Of a DNA stretch of 21,103 nucleotides, positions 18,076 through 21,103 are shown one piece after another. The stretch is from positions 1 through 21,103 of the forward strand of contig JAYEMF010000030.1 of assembly GCA_034717975.1 (NCBI GenBank). Direction: 5' to 3'. Under the pieces are notes generated by a model. The model searched no databases. It was not told where the DNA came from and worked only from the letters and a program-made list of their open reading frames with translations. Origin of the DNA: Campylobacterota bacterium (GTDB taxonomy: Bacteria > Campylobacterota > Campylobacteria > Campylobacterales > Sulfurimonadaceae). Numbering within the stretch: position 1 is the stretch's first letter; the number at the start of each line of letters is the position of its first letter. The position numbers were made by a program, and so were the translations under genes.

Positions 18076-18230
18076 TAATTCCCGGACAGCTTGCAGGCGA
18101 ATCGTTTTGAGATAGTTTTTGGCTACCGTCTTATCTATGTTCTTTCGGAGGGAGAATTCCTAATCGACAGTAAAAGCAAACGAAACATGATAACTCCTTT
18201 TGGAAAGTGTATCATGAGAAGGCGTAAGTC

Positions 18231-18369
18231 ATAACTCAACTTTCGCACATGCCGTCACCCCGGACTTGATCCGGGGTCCACAGCTGCAAGGTCTTAAACA
18301 TAAAAACCACTAGATTCCGGGTCAAGCCCGGAATGACAGCCGTTTTTTATGTGCGAAAGTTGAGGTTAT
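18231..18369. repeat. MITE-like element: 16-bp terminal inverted repeats enclosing an inverted pair of (C)GTCA-tagged REP hairpins
   Basis: CTCAACTTTCGCACAT (18235-18250) and ATGTGCGAAAGTTGAG (18349-18364). Inner hairpins ACCCCGGA-cttga-TCCGGGGT and ATTCCGGG-tcaag-CCCGGAAT. Confidence 0.85.
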
Positions 18370-18424
18370 AATTTAAGGAGAGAATTTTTAATAATAGTTT
18401 GTTATGATGAGGAAAAGGATATTT

Positions 18425-19753
18425 ATGCGTTTTCCATTGCTGGGCGAGATAGCTACAAAAGATGTGATTAGCATCAGTTCGCATGAGAGTGCTGCACTGG
18501 CTGTTGAAAAGATGGTCGCATCGGAACATCGTAATATTGTCGTTGAGAAAGATGGTGATTATTATCTGATGAGTGCTATAGATGCACTCTCTGTCAAATC
18601 CACATACGGTATGCTCGATATCACCATCGATGAGCTTGACCTTGCCAAAATGCAGACTATGCCGAGTTCCTGCAGTGTACTTGAAGTGTTGAATGATCTG
18701 CCGGAAGAGACGGAATATATCTGTGTTACCGGTGAAAAAGGGGAGCTGGTCGGTTTGATCACCCATACCGATATTATCAGCAATATTGATCCTGAAACGA
18801 TGATGGAGAATTATCGTCTGAAAGATTTTCTGAAGATGAAGCGTCGGACAAACTGGGTTGGCCCGAATGAGATTACAGAAGATGTTTTGACTCATCTGGC
18901 AAATAATGATTATGACAATGTCGTCGTCATTGCGGAGGAGAAGCCTATCGGTATTTTAACGACAAAAGATGTTATTCGGCTGGTTCATGCACAAAGCGAT
19001 CTAACATTGTCTATTGAGCACTATATGTCGTCACCGGTTGAGATGATCAGCAATGATGTCTCTGTCAAAGAGGCAATGGAGTTTATCCGTACCAAGCATT
19101 ATAAGCGTATCATTGTCGTCAAGGGGGACGGGACAATGGCCGGTGTCATTTCGCAAAAAGAGTTGATCTCTCTTTCATATGGAAAATGGGCCACATTGAT
19201 GAAAGAGTCCCAAAATGAACTAAAAGAGATCAACCGTATTCTGGAACAGCGCAGTTATCAATATGAGAAACTGGCTTCGACAGATGCTCTGACCGGTCTT
19301 TATAATCGTTATAAATTCAATGAACTTTATGTGACAGCGTACAAGACAAAGATGCAGCGGCAAAATGCTCTCTCTCTTATTTTACTGGATATTGACCATT
19401 TCAAACAGGTTAATGACCGGTTTGGACATAATGTCGGCGATCGTGTGCTGGTTCAGATAGCGCACGTTTTACTGCATCAGGTTCGGAGTGTCGATATTGT
19501 TGGCAGATGGGGAGGTGAAGAGTTTATCATCCTGCTGCCAACAGCCGATGTAGGACAGGCAGCTAAACTGGCGGAAAAACTTCGCGTTGCGATTGCGGAA
19601 AAAGAGATTGAACTTGTTGGCCATGTCTATGTCAGTCTTGGGGTAACGGAAATCGTTTCAGGTGATATGATGGAGAGTGCGGTTGAACGGGCAGATAAAG
19701 CACTCTATAGCGCCAAAGAGGGTGGGCGAAACCGCGTTGAGGTGCTTTGCTGA
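18425..19753 (+). CDS. CBS-domain diguanylate cyclase (two CBS pairs + GGDEF)
   Basis: CBS repeats (LVGLITHTD, PIGILTTKD, AGVISQKE), DALTGLYNR, DIDHFKQVND.FGH..GD, RSVD I-site and GGEEF. Start at 18425 (AAGGA SD) or 18404. Confidence 0.92.
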   Translation: MRFPLLGEIATKDVISISSHESAALAVEKMVASEHRNIVVEKDGDYYLMSAIDALSVKSTYGMLDITIDELDLAKMQTMPSSCSVLEVLNDLPEETEYICVTGEKGELVGLITHTDIISNIDPETMMENYRLKDFLKMKRRTNWVGPNEITEDVLTHLANNDYDNVVVIAEEKPIGILTTKDVIRLVHAQSDLTLSIEHYMSSPVEMISNDVSVKEAMEFIRTKHYKRIIVVKGDGTMAGVISQKELISLSYGKWATLMKESQNELKEINRILEQRSYQYEKLASTDALTGLYNRYKFNELYVTAYKTKMQRQNALSLILLDIDHFKQVNDRFGHNVGDRVLVQIAHVLLHQVRSVDIVGRWGGEEFIILLPTADVGQAAKLAEKLRVAIAEKEIELVGHVYVSLGVTEIVSGDMMESAVERADKALYSAKEGGRNRVEVLC

Positions 19754-19889
19754 TTAGGTGTAGATTGTGGCAGGAGTCGCCACTATCTGAAACAAAAAAA
19801 TAATTGCCTATTTTTTAATCAATCAATATACCAAGCTTTGTGAATGCATAGGTTATACTTCTCACAATTTATTACATCAGGAGAAATGC

Positions 19890-21103
19890 ATGGGAAAATT
19901 CGTTAATAATACAGACGAGTTCTTTAAATATTGTGAAGAGAACGACGTTCAGTTCGTAGACCTTCGTTTTACAGATATCAAAGGTATGTGGCACCACCTT
20001 ACTTACCGTATGAGTGCGGTAAACAGTGAAATTCTTGAAAATGGTTTTCCGTTTGATGGTTCATCTGTCGATGCATGGCAGCCGATTAACAAATCTGACA
20101 TGATCCTGAAAGCGGATGTACCAACGGCATTCCTTGACCCATTCACGGCAGATCCGACCATTATCGTATTCTGTGATGTATTTGATATCTACAAGGGTGA
20201 ATTGTACGAAAAATGTCCACGTTCAATCGCCAAAAAAGCGCTTCAACATGCTGAAGAGATCGGTCTCGCTGATGCGGCTTACTTTGGACCTGAGAATGAA
20301 TTCTTCATCTTCGATGATGTTCAGATTACTACAGGTATCAATGAAGCGGGTTACCGTGTAGATTCCGAAGAGGGTGAGTGGAACGACTCGACTAAATATG
20401 AAGACATGTACAACACCGGTCACCGTCCACGTACCAAAGGCGGTTACTTCCCGGTTCAGCCAACTGACTCTATGGTAGATCTTCGTGCTGAAATGATGCT
20501 GGTACTGGAACAAGTCGGTCTTGAAGTTATTCTTGGTCACCACGAAGTGGCTCAGGCTCAAGGCGAGATCGGTATCGTTTTCTCTGACATCATCACTGCA
20601 GCAGATAATGTCCAAAAATATAAATATGTTGTAAAAATGATCGCACACCTTAACGGTAAAACAGCTACCTTCATGCCTAAACCACTTTTCGGTGACAACG
20701 GTAACGGTATGCACGTACACCAATCATTATGGAAAGATGGTAAAAACCTTTTCTATAAAGAGGGTGAATACGGTAACCTTTCTGAAATGGCACTACACTA
20801 TGCAGGCGGTATCTTTAAACATGCTCGCGCAGTAGCAGCATTTACAAACCCATCAACCAACTCGTACAAGCGTCTTATCCCTGGTTTTGAAGCTCCGAAC
20901 ATTCTTACATACTCCAGCCAAAACCGTTCAGCCGCTTGTCGTATCCCTTACGGTGCGGGTGAAAAAGCGACTCGTATCGAGATGCGTTTCCCGGATTCGA
21001 CTTCATGCCCATACCTTGCATTTGCAGTTATGATGATGGCTGGTCTTGATGGTATCGCAAACAAAACTGTTCCTATCGGTCCAATGGATGAAGATCTGTT
21101 TGA
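19890..21103 (+). CDS. glnA: Type I glutamine synthetase (partial, runs off the window end; absent from the ORF track)
   Basis: Translated by hand: [67 protein letters not shown] and [15 protein letters not shown] at 19879-19883. Confidence 0.97.
   Translation, partial: MGKFVNNTDEFFKYCEENDVQFVDLRFTDIKGMWHHLTYRMSAVNSEILENGFPFDGSSVDAWQPINKSDMILKADVPTAFLDPFTADPTIIVFCDVFDIYKGELYEKCPRSIAKKALQHAEEIGLADAAYFGPENEFFIFDDVQITTGINEAGYRVDSEEGEWNDSTKYEDMYNTGHRPRTKGGYFPVQPTDSMVDLRAEMMLVLEQVGLEVILGHHEVAQAQGEIGIVFSDIITAADNVQKYKYVVKMIAHLNGKTATFMPKPLFGDNGNGMHVHQSLWKDGKNLFYKEGEYGNLSEMALHYAGGIFKHARAVAAFTNPSTNSYKRLIPGFEAPNILTYSSQNRSAACRIPYGAGEKATRIEMRFPDSTSCPYLAFAVMMMAGLDGIANKTVPIGPMDEDLF

Noticed and set aside
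18076..18400. CRISPR array or c-di-GMP riboswitch upstream of the cyclase
   Set aside because: The repeats are inverted, with only two units and no spacer series. No GEMM consensus (GGCAAAC…GAAA…GACGCAAAG) is visible.
19768..19784. GTGGC-aggagtc-GCCAC hairpin after the cyclase as a terminator
   Set aside because: Only a 5-bp stem with no adjacent U-tract on the + strand.
20116..20723. Track ORFs 20116..20361 (+) and 20223..20723 (-)
   Set aside because: Alternative frames inside glnA, which the track missed because it has no stop in the window.

Overview
Gene-dense chromosomal window, probably from a free-living Campylobacterota (Sulfurimonas/Sulfurovum-like). This is inferred from the GlnA N-terminus MGKFVNN, the promoter style and the gene set. 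It carries ung, a stand-alone CHAD protein, a secreted EEP nuclease, oligopeptidase A, DUF502, a four-gene operon (two DUF4136 lipoproteins, a hypothetical protein and a cytoplasmic trypsin-like protease), a PHP-GT4 fusion plus a second GT4, a DUF6471 HTH gene, GNAT, EamA, mgtE, an atypical pyruvate kinase, a CBS-GGDEF cyclase and the 5' part of glnA, which the ORF track omits. Most notable: (1) the protease and its neighbour share a homologous YbjN/T3SS-chaperone-like domain, suggesting an undescribed protease-partner module; (2) a compact divergent switch in which the DUF6471 gene faces an unannotated 47-aa membrane peptide across four GTAT-N8-ATAC operators overlapping both promoters; (3) a shared PhoB/OmpR-like box at three promoters; (4) a nested TIR/REP miniature element; (5) several apparently leaderless genes. 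No CRISPR array, rRNA, tRNA or transposase was seen.
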